Shown: positions 14,810 to 28,252, counted from the first letter of the stretch. The stretch: 64,000 bases of DNA from Octopus vulgaris (GCA_951406725.2 OX597814.1:132308001-132372000); one strand, 5' to 3'. A program made the numbers and translations. Notes: generated from the letters alone by a model not told the origin.

Positions 14810-16470
14810 TAGCTGAAATTTTGCATGTGCAAGTATTTATATCCCTATAGATTAAGTGGCAAATTACAGCTCTGAAATCATTGTAGTTTCTGATTTACAG
14901 GTGTTTGAACTGAGTCAAGTGTGAAATGGAGTCTGTTGAGTGTCGAGCAGTGATCCAGTTTTTGTATTTGAAAGGACGCACACCACGGGAGACTTTTGAT
15001 GAAATGAAAGTAACTTATGGTGATGATGCCCCATCACATGACCTTGTAAAACGCTGGCATCGTGAATTCAAACAAGGTCGGAACTCTGTGGAAACAGCAC
15101 CCAGATCTGGTCGCCCCCCTTCTGCCATTGATGAGGCATCTGTCCGTCAAGTTGATGCTGCCATTTTGGAAGATCGACGCATAACTATTAGCTAAATAGC
15201 CCATGATGTCAAGGTTAGTACCGGGTCTGTGGAAACTATCATTCATGACCATTTGCATATGCAAAAGGTGTCTGCCAGATGGATTCCCAGGTTGCTCAAA
15301 CCTTTCCAGAAGCAAGAACGCGTCGAGTGCTCGAGGATGAATTTGGAGATGTGCCAAGAAGATGAGTCAAAATTTTCAAAAGACTGATTACAAAGGATGA
15401 AACCTGGGTCCATCACTATGATGCAGAGACCAAAGCCCAGTGAATGCAGTGGAAGCACCGTGACTCACCTCCTCCAAAGAAGGCAAGGGTGCAGCCCTCC
15501 GCTGGCAAGGTCATGCTCACAGTCTTCTGGGATCAGGACGGAGTAGTGATGACAGATTTCCTGGCAAAGGGTACCACAATTACAGGAGCCTATTATGCTT
15601 CACTTTTGAGGAAATTAAGAGAAGCTATCAAAATCAAGAGGCGGGGCAAGATCAGCAAATGCATCCTCCTACTGCACGATAACGCTCCGGTCCACAACTC
15701 GTGTGTCGCCAAATCAGAAGCACAGGCGTGCGGCTATGAACTCCTCCCCCATCCGCCCTACTCTCTTGACCTTGCACTCTCTTCCAAGCCATGAAGTTGT
15801 TTTTGAAAGGAAAGCGTTTTCCAGATGATGCAGCCTTGACTTCTGAAGTCACGTCGTGGTTAGAGGACCAAGCTGGGGTCTTCTACAAAAACGGTCTCCA
15901 GGGCTGCATCAAACGATGGGAGAAATGCGTAACTCTGGGTGGTTTCTATGTAGAAAAAGACTAATAACTGTGCCAAGTTTCGTTACTCTACTGCTATGGG
16001 AAGTGGGTCAGGGGCATTACTTATTGAACGCCCCTCGTACATCAAATATAGAGTAGACAACACATCAGAAAGTGATAAGTGCAGAATTTGTGGACAAAAA
16101 TGGTGAAACCGTATAGCATATTACCCGTTAATGTACCCCACTAACCCAGAAAAAAAAAAAAAAGAGACGTCATGACAATATAGCAAGGATTGTGCGTTGG
16201 ACACTTTGCAACGAGTAAGCACTTGACAGAGCAAAAAGGTGGTAGGAACATAAATCTGAAGGCATCATGAAAAAAAAATGATAATGCAAATTCCTATGGG
16301 ATTTTACAATTCAGTGTGACTATAAGATAGAGAATAGGAAACCAAACATAGTGTTAAATGAGAAAGAAAGCAAACGACGCTTTGACATGGTCAGCTTGCA
16401 ACAAAGTTTGCGATAAGGAGGAAAAAAATGTCGATAGATATGACAGGTCAGCTTGGGAGATTAAGCAGTT
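13950..16470 (+). mobile_element. R4/Dong-like non-LTR retrotransposon fragment split by a mariner insertion
   Basis: RT thumb motifs precede 14757. After 16039 come KCRICG..ETV.HI...C (CCHC), RRHDNIAR and decayed WDF/RKP-like endonuclease motifs. Confidence 0.75.
14759..16037 (+). mobile_element. mariner (DD34D) DNA transposon, defective transposase
   Basis: Imperfect TIRs CGAGTGACGTTCAATAAGTAATGTCCCTGACCCACTT / AAGTGGGTCAGGGGCATTACTTATTGAACGCCCCTCG, with TA on both sides. Motifs WIPR, DETW, HDNA and HPPYS are present, along with stops and a ~13-bp deletion relative to the unit B copy. Confidence 0.95.
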
Positions 16471-16830
16471 GTCGTCGCTGATGTGAATGTTTTTTTGTGT
16501 AAATGTGTATGCACACATTTACAAAAGCAAATACACACACACACACATACAACACACACACACATATATACAACACACACACACACACACACACATAACA
16601 CACAACACACATATATATATATATGTGAATGTGTCAGTGCGCGTTGTGCGTATTTCAAGTTCTATCTTAATTGTGCTGTTATGTTTACATTCAGCAACTT
16701 AGCACTGCCGCAAAAATGTTCGTTGGGATAAGTGCCAAGCTTTGAAAAACAGACTGGTGTTAATTCACTCACCAAAAACTTCCTTATTCATCACCGAATA
16801 AATGTAAATACTTAAATATACATAAACATT

Positions 16831-16890
<60 letters not shown>

Positions 16891-16919
16891 TTATTCTTTA
16901 ATTTTTATACTACATTTAC

Positions 16920-17290
16920 TCATTTGAAAGCACCAGATTGGAGGCTTGTAGTTAAACAAATCGAGCCCAGAACTTAATTTCTAAGTGTAGTACGTTTTCT
17001 AACGTTCTCTTTTGTCGGAACGCTACGTTACGGGGATGTCAACACCATGTGGTTGGGAAGCAAGATTCTTTTCTGCTCTTGGCACAAGGCCTGAAATTTT
17101 GTGGGAGGGAGCCAGTCGATTAGATCGACCCCAGGACGCAACTGGGTCTTAATTTATTGAGCCCGAAAAGATAAAAGGCAGAGTCGACATCGGTGGAATC
17201 TGAACTCAGAACTTAAATATATTTCTCCCGACGTGCTAACGTTTCTGCCCGCTCGCCCCTTTCTGCAAGCTTCTTACCACAGAGCCATGG
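16920..17290 (-). mobile_element. Nested degenerate SINE fragments
   Basis: Sequence GGCACAAGGCCTGAAATTTT..GTCGATTAGATCGACCCCAG..AAAGGCAGAGTCGAC..GAACTCAGAAC resembles cephalopod SINEs as I recall them. A paralogue lies at ~43350-43715. Confidence 0.5.
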
Positions 17291-17972
17291 CACACACAAA
17301 AACTCTTATTATATGTTATGCAGATCTGTTATAGCGGTGTTAATAAAAGGTACTCCATCGAGAATGAGTTAAATATCGTTTAACATGCAAAGGATTTAAA
17401 TGTAAGCTACTCTAAGTACCATTCTTCTGACATTGCGAAAGTCGGACGATCTTGTATTGCATCTTGTATATCATCTTGTAACCGATCAAGCAGAAACGCA
17501 ATGAGACTTGTCTGAGAAATTGCAAGAAAGTACAGGAGAAACATAGTATCGAGAGAAATAAAGATAATAAAAGGATTTGAAAGCATGCAGAGTTGATAGA
17601 TAAGAGTTGTGTCCCTTCGAATAGGAATTATAGCTTGGTGAGGTGGATTTGACGGTGACATATTTGAAGCTGTGTTAAAAACTGTATCATATTTAAAATG
17701 TACAGCTCATTGGAGTAGCCCCTCTACTTTGTTCAGTGGAAATACGGCTTGAAGTTCGTCGGTATGCAATTAATTTGATATGAAAATAAGAATGTTTATT
17801 ACGATTTATTTATGCGCTATCAATATAGCTTCTGTACTGTCCACCGAGTCCAGACTTCACATGCATAAGTTGACAAGTTCTAGCTCACAGAGAGATTCGA
17901 AGTTGTCGGCTACATACACAATGGTCTATACGGCATATGGAAGCCTTGCCCAAGGTGTGACCACTGTTATAT

Positions 17973-19140
17973 TACTCAGATCACTGACAGTGGCTCATGG
18001 GTGGATGTTGTCTACCTTGACTTTGCTAAGGCTTTCAACTCTGTGCCACACAAAAGGCTTATGGTGAAACTCTCTGCAATGGGTGTGGGGGATGACCTTT
18101 TTAACTGGTTGAAATTCTTCATCCTCAGCCGAAAGGAGATAGTCACAGTTCTAGGACAGCACTCTACACCATATGAGATGTCATCGGGTGTACCACAGGG
18201 ATCTGTCCTTGGTCCCCTCCTGTTTGTGGCATACATTAATGACATAGATGCCAATTTAATGAATGCCAAAGTATTGAAATACGCAGACGACATCAAGCTG
18301 TACCTTGAAATCAAGAGGACTGATCCTGATGTCTACAACTCTTTCCTGCAATCAGACCTAGACACAATGCAGCAATGGATCACAGACTGGCAACTGAAAC
18401 TGACTGTGGACAAGTGTACCACCATGCATTTTGGGAGAAAAAGCCCTGCGTCCACATACTCCCTCCACAACACTGATATCAAGAAATCCTCTTGCGAGCG
18501 TGACCTAGGCATCACCGTCAGCAGTGATTTGCGTTGGACAAAGCATATCTCTAAAATTGTCAAGAAGGCCGAGGGTGTCTTGGCATCACTCAGCAAGACT
18601 TTTGTTAGCCGCTCTCCAGCCATCTATTTAAAACTGTATACAGCTATGGTACGACCACACTTGGAATTCGCATCATCAGTTTGGAATCCCTATCTTGCTC
18701 AGAACATTGACCTCTTGGAATCTGTCCAGAGACGTGCAACCAAACGCATACCCTCCATCAGAAACCTACCATATTCTGAGCGCCTTGTTTCCCTGGGCAT
18801 GGATTCATGAGGCTCCGGCGTCTGGCGACGGACTTGGTAAACACCCACAAGGTTATCAACCACCTCACCAACAACAACACTGAACACCTTTTTGATCTCC
18901 ATGTGTCTAACACACGTGGACATGCCTACAAAGTCAGAAAACAGCACAGCTCCCATGACTTTCGGAAACATTTTTTCAGGCTCAGTGTTGCTGAAGCGTG
19001 GAATAAACTGCCTGCATCAGTTGTTGACTGCCATGACACTGCATCCTTTAAGGCCCTCATGCTTCCCGAAATCCGTCGAAACTACACCTGATTATATATA
19101 CACTTTAGATGAGTTGTAGTGCACCTGAGCACTGTACACA

Positions 19141-19168
<28 letters not shown>
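17973..19168 (+). mobile_element. CR1/L2-type LINE, 5'-truncated insertion with (ATT)n tail
   Basis: ORF 18001-18810 contains DVVYLDFAKAF, SGVPQGSVLGPLLF, YADD, ERDLGI and VRPHLE..VWNP. Possible TSD TTATAT at 17967-17972 / 19169-19174. Empty sites lie at ~44404 and ~63815. Confidence 0.92.
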
Positions 19169-19174
<6 letters not shown>

Positions 19175-21328
19175 GCAGACATTTTTGTGGATCCATGGGC
19201 GGGAGCTAAGTGTCAGGTGAGACACCAAACGGGAGAACAACTTCGAAGGGCATCTCAAGTTCTACACTTACAACCCCATTCAGACAACCTATGCATCGCA
19301 TTGCAGGGGCACAATAAAAACACGAACTGTCCAACTCGTCACCTGCAGTTCCAGCAGACAACCAGTACCCGTTTTCTCGAGCCATTTCATTTCCTTGTTA
19401 ATGTATTTGATTTATAACACGCAAATCACTGAGTTGTCGACTATCATCTGAACTTCTAAGTTCATTTTTTTGTAGTTAGAAGGTAAATCACGGCATTATT
19501 CTTTAACATACGTGGATAAAATAATTTGAAAAATGTGTATTTTGAGATTTTTCATAGGTTTTTAGTCTTCCTGAAGTATTATCGTAACACGTTAAGCAAA
19601 TTCAAAACTATTTTTCGTGTATTTCTTCGATTCTTGACTTAACTCGTTCGTATCACAGATGAATATATAGTGTGTCGTACGAGTGAGGTAATACCGCGAA
19701 ATTTATACCTGGATTAAATGTTTCATAGGCACAGAGACGAGGTCAAACTGTATAAACGGAGATAGTGTTATCTCGAAAGTGCTTTTCTTTCCAGTGTGTA
19801 GTAGGAAAACTAAAGTTAATTGCATATATTGAGGGTTTAGTGTTTTTATTCGTGTTCAGCTGCCAATGCAGTCAGTGAATGGAGATTTACAGTTTTTATT
19901 CAAGTCGGAGAATAAAAATATGGAAATAAGAAAGGACACGTTATGTATTGAAAAACATTTTTTATTAATATTTAAATACAATTTATTTTAAAATAAAATA
20001 GATATATGATACAAATTAACATATGTTTTGCATTATGGAAAAGCAACAGAAAATAATATTTAAACAGTTTTGCAATCATTCTACGGATAATAAATATAAT
20101 TGTAATTATATACATACAAAAAAATTAAATAATATATCTTTAGAAAATTATTTTTTCAGTTATAATATATATATATATGTGTGTGTGTTTGTGTATGTGT
20201 GTGTGTGTGTGTGTGTGAAAGAGCATGTGTGCTGGCAAATACACATACACACAAACAGACACTCACGCCTACATTTGCTAACATACATATATGAAATTAT
20301 GTTAAAATATATACAAAAATGCCTATATATATATTGCATTTCAAATGTATATAACTTTTAGAATTAAATATTTATGTAAATATTACGTTAACATTGTTAT
20401 TTGTGAGAATTTAGTGGTGGACTGAGTACTAGTGTTTAAGTAACTATATAATATGGATAGGGATACAGAGAATCTTGCGGCTATCACAGTAATGTCTATT
20501 AGCTCACATGATCATCAATTACAACGTAGTGTCATGTCAAATATCGGCGGACGCTAGCTTTCTTTATTTGAATCAATTTGTGAATATAAAATTGTTTTGT
20601 AAAAGATGAGCAATGATATGAAGGAAAACATGTAAGTATAAATCGTTGCATAGTTAAATTAATACACGAAGAAATTTATGAAACTGCTGTAATTCTACCT
20701 CACATTTATGTAATTAAATTTCACGTTGGGAACATGTAGCGTATATGTAAATGCATTCAACACCATTTATCGGTATAAAATATGTATAAAAAAAGAATCT
20801 TGATATAGGTTTAGGTTAAAAAAAGGGAAATGTTAATAATGATTTAAATATGATAGTAAGCAACATAATTTAAATATGATAGATAATTTAAATATGATAG
20901 TAAGTAAAATAGAAAAACCAAATAATTTGCAAGAAATATATCTCATTTACGAAACAGCTGTTACGAAACAAAACTGTTTTTTGCCAATGTATATATGTAT
21001 TAATGTATTTTTAAATGTATGCTTATATACTTCTAAATGTATGCATATTTCTATAGAAATGTATATATTTATATTTATATGTATATGAGCGTGTGTATAA
21101 GTGTGTATGGTGTCTATGTATAAACACAGAGAGAGAATGAGTGAGAGTAAGAAGGACATAATGAGAGAGCACGCATTTAAATATGTACGCTTGTATGATA
21201 TTTTGTGTGTGTGCATGTTTCGTATGTGTTTCTTATAACAACCACACAGTGGTTTACGTAAACTTCCATAACATTATGAAAACTATTTGTGTTACACACA
21301 ATTGAATGTTTGATGATGTTGGCCGATA

Positions 21329-21856
21329 TTACGACTCATATTCGTCGCCATTTCCTCCGGATATTACATCGACTTTCCGTGCACACGCACAGGCTGTGGC
21401 TACTTCGATGACACTGGGTTTACAAACGTACAGTCCATCAACACATTCAGCTGTACGTTTCAGGACAGTCATCGGAGTATACACCATCACACACTGGTGG
21501 TTACTGTCAGAGTCCAGACAGTCTGTACAACGACACACGACTTCTGTGCGTGATGGAGGAAAATATGTGGAATTGTAGGTAATTGTCAGATACCATGGGC
21601 AGGTTGAACGCTCGCGTATGATATCAGTAGATACGGAAGATGTTGGGCAAGTTTTATCGCCTACGGTCAGTGCTTGTTGGTCACTTCCCGCTGGAGCTAT
21701 TTCAGCTGGTAGAAAAAAGTTATTGCCGATCGCTGCATTGTATAGTTTCTCGTACTGAACTTTCAAGTCGTTTGGTATATTACATTGAGTCGGAATTGAC
21801 GCCGAGGATATGAAGAATACGACGTTGGTGAGGAGGAATATCGCAACTTGGAGAAT
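21329..21856 (-). CDS. IL17: Interleukin-17-like cytokine, copy 2, main coding exon
   Basis: Acceptor AG at 21858-21857. The 528-bp exon reads ILQVAIFLLTNVVFF...RSTCPW...TACAC..EYES*. Confidence 0.9.
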   Translation of the reverse strand: MLQVAIFLLTNVVFFISSASIPTQCNIPNDLKVQYEKLYNAAIGNNFFLPAEIAPAGSDQQALTVGDKTCPTSSVSTDIIRERSTCPWYLTITYNSTYFPPSRTEVVCRCTDCLDSDSNHQCVMVYTPMTVLKRTAECVDGLYVCKPSVIEVATACACARKVDVISGGNGDEYES

Positions 21857-22947
21857 CTGCGTGATATAAAACGAAATCAAGTATAATATATTACTTTTAT
21901 CGCTCACATCAAATCATTCACTTACTGACTGACTGACCTAATGACTGAATGACTTACTGACTGTCTCACTCTCTCACTCACTCACTCACTCACTTACTCT
22001 CACACTCACTCACTCATTCACTCTCTCTCACTCACTCTCTCTCTCTCTCACTTTGTGCCAATGTATATATGTGTGAATGTATTTTTAAATGTATGCTTAT
22101 ATACATTTAAATATATGCATATTTCTATACCCATGTATATATTTATATTTGTATGTATATGTGTGTGTGTATGAGTGTGAGTTTGTGTGCTACAATAGCA
22201 TAATAATTCTGATTGAAATAGTCCTCATTAATTATTATATGGCTTCCAAAACATAAACAATATCGTTATTATCATAAAAAAGTAATCTAGATTTACAAAT
22301 CTGTGCATCGAAATAGAAATACGATTACATATAACAACAATATCTTCTGTTCTCGACTATTTGTACTTGACAATACACACATGAGTAATAGAATACAGGA
22401 GAGAATACAATCTTAAATCTCAAAATATTCCATATTCAGTAAGTTATGTGTAACATAACCATTAACCTATTTTTGCCTCCTTAACTCTTTATTATTTAAT
22501 AGATTCCCTGGTGTACTTTATTCTTGTAAATAAAGGTAATATTCATCTTTTATTATTTCATTAAATCTATGTAGTCTCATAAATTCAAGTATCCATACCC
22601 AAAATAAGTATAAACTACGATAAAGTCAGCATAGCAACGTACTGTATAGAAAATACTACACCGATCTTATTCTTTCTCTAACACCACTTCAAACATTTCC
22701 AGATTCCTCTAAACCATAACAGCCTTCCCCAATACCAACTCTGTTCCTTTGATCCCAAACGCTACTGCTATGTTGATTACCTTCTAACTTCCCTCTCTAT
22801 CCCTCACTCTACCTTCTCTCCCTATTCTCTACATTCGATACTAATCTGTCAGTCAAATTATTTCTCTCACTTAATCGCCATTGTGATTTTCACTATCACA
22901 ACCTTAAATTCTAAACTTTCATACAAACTAACAAAGATTACCGTTCA

Positions 22948-23140
22948 CTGTTCTATATTTAAGAGATGAGGAATTATGTACATTATTTACATTATTTACA
23001 ATTGACGGATATTTATCCTCATTTTGTTTGTTGTTAACACAAAGATACGGCTGATATATCATCTTGCCTTCATCAGGTATCTTGGGGACATTTCGAACCT
23101 GAGTATTTTTCGATGTTGTTGTTGTTTTTGTTGTTGCTGC

Positions 23141-23233
<93 letters not shown>

Positions 23234-23320
23234 CATTATTATTATTAATCAGGTATCTGCCTGGAATCAAACTCGGAAACTTGGAGTTAGTAGACAGCTC
23301 TAATTACCATTCATATACAA
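22948..23320 (-). mobile_element. SINE-like element with degenerate hammerhead, in the IL-17 copy 2 intron
   Basis: Minus-strand CTGATGA at 23076-23070, with GAAA mutated to GTAT. An (AAT)n tract is present. Homologous to 4689-5120. Confidence 0.55.
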
Positions 23321-23644
23321 ACGAAACAACTCTTCTCTCTTCCACCCATCTTTCACTCTATGAATATGAATCCTGAATACTCTCATTATTAAACACTAAT
23401 CTTGAAACTTATTCCTCCTCCCACTACCCTCTATTGAAATACCTCCAAATACACTTAGTTCTCCATAAGATCATTCCGTCCTGAATATCCTTTCTGTCAC
23501 AGCACAAAATTACGAGTTTATCTCTGAATACTGAGGCTGGCATTATCCCAAGGTGTAATCAATTATCAATATCTATTTCTAATCTATAAAGCATATATAT
23601 ATATATATATAATATATATATATGTATATATGTATGTATGTATA

Positions 23645-23698
<54 letters not shown>

Positions 23699-24114
23699 TG
23701 TATGTATGTATATGTATGTATATATGAATATATTTATATATATATGAATATATTTATATATATATTTGTATATAAATATATAAATGTATATATATATATA
23801 AATGTATATATATATATATATATTTATATATACATATATATATACATATATATATATATATGTGTGTGTATATATATATGTATGTATATATGTATGTATG
23901 TATGGATGGATGGATGTATAAGAGGGTAAAAAATTCTCTTTTCCTAAAAAAATGTTTATTGGAATGTGAGAGTAATTTAATTTTTTTTAATCGATCCGTG
24001 ACTTCAACTCCGGCCATAAGCATCTTTTGCTATGAAAATATATTTTTAATAATGATTGAATAGCTTTTTAAAGCTCTACGTACAGAGTTTATGCTACTTA
24101 TTAACGCATAAATT

Positions 24115-24410
24115 TGAAGGCACATGTCTCAGTGGTTATAGCATCGGTCCCATAATCGTGAGGTAAAACATTCGATTTCCGTGCCGGGTTGTGTTTTGTG
24201 TTCTTAAGCAAAACACTATATATCGCGTTGCTGTATTTCCCACAGCTGTGGAAATGAGGTGCGATATCACTGGTGCTAAACGGTGTCGGCCTTTACTTAT
24301 TAAACCATCGATGGCGTGGAGAGGGGAATCTGGTATGCACTGGCCGGACTTAATGCTTTGGTGAAGAATATTCTTGGAAGAATCACTTGGACATACAGGA
24401 CCAAAGGTGT
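24115..24410 (+). mobile_element. Old degenerate tRNA-SINE in the IL-17 intron (paralogues ~29330-29597 -, ~49513-49805 +, ~54540-54810 -)
   Basis: Diverged match to the 9337/27606 SINE (GAAGGCACATGTCTCAGTGGTTA...GGCGTGGAGAGGGG). It is present in four introns, so it predates the inversion-duplication. Confidence 0.7.
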
Positions 24411-24740
24411 TATTTCTTTTAATCAAGCAATAACTAAAGAGAGAGGGAACTGAATACACAGTTAATGTGCTACATATCCTTCTGTTTTAAGTTTCTTTAA
24501 ATCATTTGCACAAATTCAATTTGTAGGAAAACATACGGGGCCATTTATAAAAATATATATGTAGAAATAGATCAATATACCACAACCATAGAAATACGTA
24601 TCACCAGTATAGTACTAATCTGCGTTAAGTACATAAGCAAAATGATTCACTCATTCCTATGAATGATAGAAGAGTAAGCAAAGACATAAGAGTGAACATA
24701 TAGATATTACAGTTGATATTAACAAGGTTTGTCTACTTAC

Positions 24741-24755
24741 GTTGGTGTTATTCAT
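24741..24755 (-). CDS. IL17: IL-17 copy 2 first coding micro-exon (MNNTN)
   Basis: The minus strand reads ATG AAT AAC ACC AAC | GTAAGT. Phase 0 matches the exon at 21856. The intron is 2884 bp. Confidence 0.8.
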
Positions 24756-24888
24756 TATAATGGATGGTAACTTGGAATGGAAAGAATTACAATCGTAGTA
24801 TATATGTATGTATTTTCAAATAAATCTTGAGAGTGCGAGTTTATCAAAATGATATTCACTTGTGATGATAACATCTACTCTGAGATTA

Positions 24889-25007
24889 CTTATATATAAT
24901 ATTTTTACCGTGGAATTACCATATGTCACAAAGATTAATGAAAATATTAATAATTATAAATATAAACTGGAGGAACTAACAACTTTACGGAAAAATTTAC
25001 TTCCGGT
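24889..25007 (-). promoter_or_regulatory. IL-17 copy 2 promoter block (TATA, kB-like variant, ETS)
   Basis: TATATAAG at 24896-24889, GTGGAATTACC at 24910-24920 and ACCGGAAGT at 25007-24999. Confidence 0.6.
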
Positions 25008-25272
25008 AATGTGAAAGATCTGGTATTAAGTGAATTAAATTGTGATCTATATAAATTGCAGAGAGCCTGAAGGAACCAGGACATGGTTTACGATTTGTTT
25101 CCTCTTTTACCTGTTAATCGGGTGTGGTACGTTCTGAGTTGCCTTAATACACAGGAACATAGACATAGTAAAATATTGTTTAAAAACTTTTCCGATCTAT
25201 TTTAATATAATTTATCATTTGTGTTGCATATCTATCTATCTATGTATGTATGTATGTATGTATGTATGTATG

Positions 25273-25308
<36 letters not shown>

Positions 25309-25461
25309 CATCTATCTATCTATCTATCTATCTTTCTATCTATCTCTTTATATATCTATATCTATGTATACATATATATATGTATATATACATATATACA
25401 TATACATATACATATACATACGTACATATATATATACATACATACATACATACACACACCA

Positions 25462-25492
<31 letters not shown>

Positions 25493-25574
25493 CATATACA
25501 CATACATATACAAATATTTATACATATATATATATATATATATAAAAATATAAACATACACACACACACACATA

Positions 25575-25607
<33 letters not shown>

Positions 25608-25917
25608 CATATTAAATTAAAGATAAAACCACTACTAGGCAAATCAAACAGTGAAAATCAAAAGCCAATACATACAAATAAAATTAATTTAAAAAATATA
25701 TAAAAAATATAATATATAAAATATAAAAATCCAATTAAAATATTTAAATTAATGTTGAAAATTAAATAAATTATTTAAATTAATAATTTAAACTTATAAA
25801 TTATAAATATATTTATATAGAAAGGCATTGGTTCATATTTGGTTGATTAAAAATGTAATGGCACGTATTTATTGACCTTTTTTTCCTTCGGAAATCGGCA
25901 CGTACTTTCTAGACGAC

Positions 25918-25965
<48 letters not shown>

Positions 25966-25968
<3 letters not shown>

Positions 25969-26840
25969 GGCGCATGTAAGTATTTCATTTATTTCTATTC
26001 GTATTTTCTACTGAAAAGGGAAAAATCTTTTGAGATTAATTCCGAAATTGATTCAATATAGAAATAACGAACTTTTTAAAAAGATTCTGTTGGCTAGCTT
26101 TTCTCGATTGCAGCACAATCTATTTCTGCAGTGGGTATATATAATAATATTTGGAAATTGACGTTATAAAACTATGTTATCAGCATATTGGCATAGAAAT
26201 AATTTTCTTTTGTCCTTGTTTATAAGTTGCATATAATTTTAACCTTTAAAGGTATTTAAATATGCTGCCCCATTTTTCATGAATTTTTTTCTGTAAAAAC
26301 AATTTCATCCTATATTAGTAGTAGATTTATTACTATTCGCTATAAGGACTGGTAACCACTCTAAGCTGTGGTGGAGATCAATTTACGCATGCGCTGAGGT
26401 TAGCCAAAGTATTTATATTTATATACATATGGGGAACCTTTGTGTACCCATGACTTAAGCTTTGGGTATGTTTTTTCCATGGGCGCATGTAAGTATTTCA
26501 TTTATTTCTATTCATATTTTCTACTGAAGTGGAAAATGAGATTAATTCTATGAGATTAATTCCGAAATTGATTCAATATAGAAATAACGGAGTTTTAAAA
26601 AAAATTCTGTAGGCTAGCTTTCCTCGATTTCAGCACAAGGTATTTCTATAGTGGTTATATAATAATATTTGGAAATTGACGATTTAAAAGTCTGTTATCA
26701 GTATATTGGCATACAAGTAATATTCTTATGCCCTTATTTATAAGTTGTTTATAATTTTGAAGTTGAAAGGTATTTTAATAAGCTGCCGCGTTTTTGATGG
26801 AAATTTTTCTGTAAAAAAAACTTCATCCTATATTAGTAGA
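25966..26840. repeat. ~513-bp tandem duplication in the divergent intergenic region
   Basis: ATGGGCGCATGTAAGTATTTCATTTATTTCTATTC starts at both 25966 and 26479. A paralogue lies at ~51237/51743. Confidence 0.85.
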
Positions 26841-26871
<31 letters not shown>

Positions 26872-26936
26872 TGAGAATATGTATGTATGTATGTATGCAC
26901 GTATGCATGTATGTATATATGGATGTATATATATAC

Positions 26937-27000
<64 letters not shown>

Positions 27001-27047
27001 CTATATAAATTAAATTACAGATAAAACCACTATTAGGCAAATATTAT

Positions 27048-27129
<82 letters not shown>

Positions 27130-27159
27130 TAGATAGATGTAAATATGTATGTATATTTG

Positions 27160-27212
<53 letters not shown>

Positions 27213-27219
<7 letters not shown>

Positions 27220-27401
27220 CAGAAGGAATCCACTTATAGGAATTCAACACGTTAGAAGGAATAGCTAGGTTCTATAACCAAATAATTTTGGGATAAAATT
27301 CCCTCCTCTCAAATTTTATCCCAAATTTTTGTGGTTATAGTATCTAGCTGTTCTTTCTAACGTGTTGAATTTCTATCAGTGGATTCCTTATGTGTAAATA
27401 T
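27213..27401. repeat. ~90-bp-stem hairpin / fold-back element
   Basis: GGAATCCACTTATAGGAATTCAACACGTTAGAA..GGGATAAAATT pairs with AATTTTATCCC..TTCTAACGTGTTGAATTTCTATCAGTGGATTCC. The loop is ~27301-27311. Confidence 0.9.
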
Positions 27402-27495
27402 ACACTATACCGTACCACTAATATGTAGTCTTTTTGACTAAATGTTTCACACGTTAGACCACTGGACATATAAATTTTAATTAATTTCCATTTCC

Positions 27496-27568
<73 letters not shown>

Positions 27569-27605
27569 TATTGTATATATATGTATATATATGTATATAT
27601 ATGTA

Positions 27606-27940
27606 TGGCTCAGTGGTTAGAGCGTCGAGCTGACGATCGTGAGGTTGTGAGCTCGAATCCCGGACCGGGCTGCGTGTTGTGTTCTTGAGCAAGACACTTT
27701 ATTTCACGTTGCTCCAGTTCACTCAGCTGTAGAAATGAGTTGCGACGTCACAGGTGCCAAGCTGTATCGACCTTTGTCTTTCCCTTGGATAACACTGGTG
27801 GCGTGGAGAGGGAAGGCCGGTATGCATGGGCGACTACTGGTCTTCCATAAAACAACCTTGCCCAGACTTGTGCCTCAGAGGGTAACTCTCTAGGTGCAAA
27901 CCCATGGTCACTCATGACCGAAGGGTGGGGCTTTATCTTT
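27606..27940 (+). mobile_element. tRNA-derived SINE, young copy
   Basis: TGGCTCAGTGGTTAGAGCG...GCTCGAATCCC, same family as 9337-9677. It is absent at the unit B paralogous (TA)n. Confidence 0.85.
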
Positions 27941-27945
27941 ATATG

Positions 27946-27979
<34 letters not shown>

Positions 27980-28073
27980 TATATGAATATATATATATGT
28001 GTGTGTATTTATATATGTATATATGTATAACGCGTATATATATATATGTGTGTATATATGAGTGTCTGTATGC

Positions 28074-28106
<33 letters not shown>

Positions 28107-28182
28107 TCTATGTATGTGTATATATATTTTATATATATATATGTGTGTGTGTGTGTTTGTGTGTATATATATATTGAAAGAA

Positions 28183-28252
<70 letters not shown>

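Noticed and set aside
14926-15963. Domesticated SETMAR-like gene
   Set aside because: It has TIRs, TA flanks, internal stops and no SET domain, so it is an ordinary dead mariner.
17780-18067. Signal-peptide-like ORF MKIRMFITIYLCAINIASVLS (also 63630-63866)
   Set aside because: The C-termini differ between copies, the unit B paralogue is altered and there is no recognisable domain. Insufficient support.
21857-21907. N-terminal extension MSDKSNILYLISFYITQ of copy 2
   Set aside because: It starts at GTG within the intron. The frame is open only because of the local deletion, and the true start is the micro-exon.
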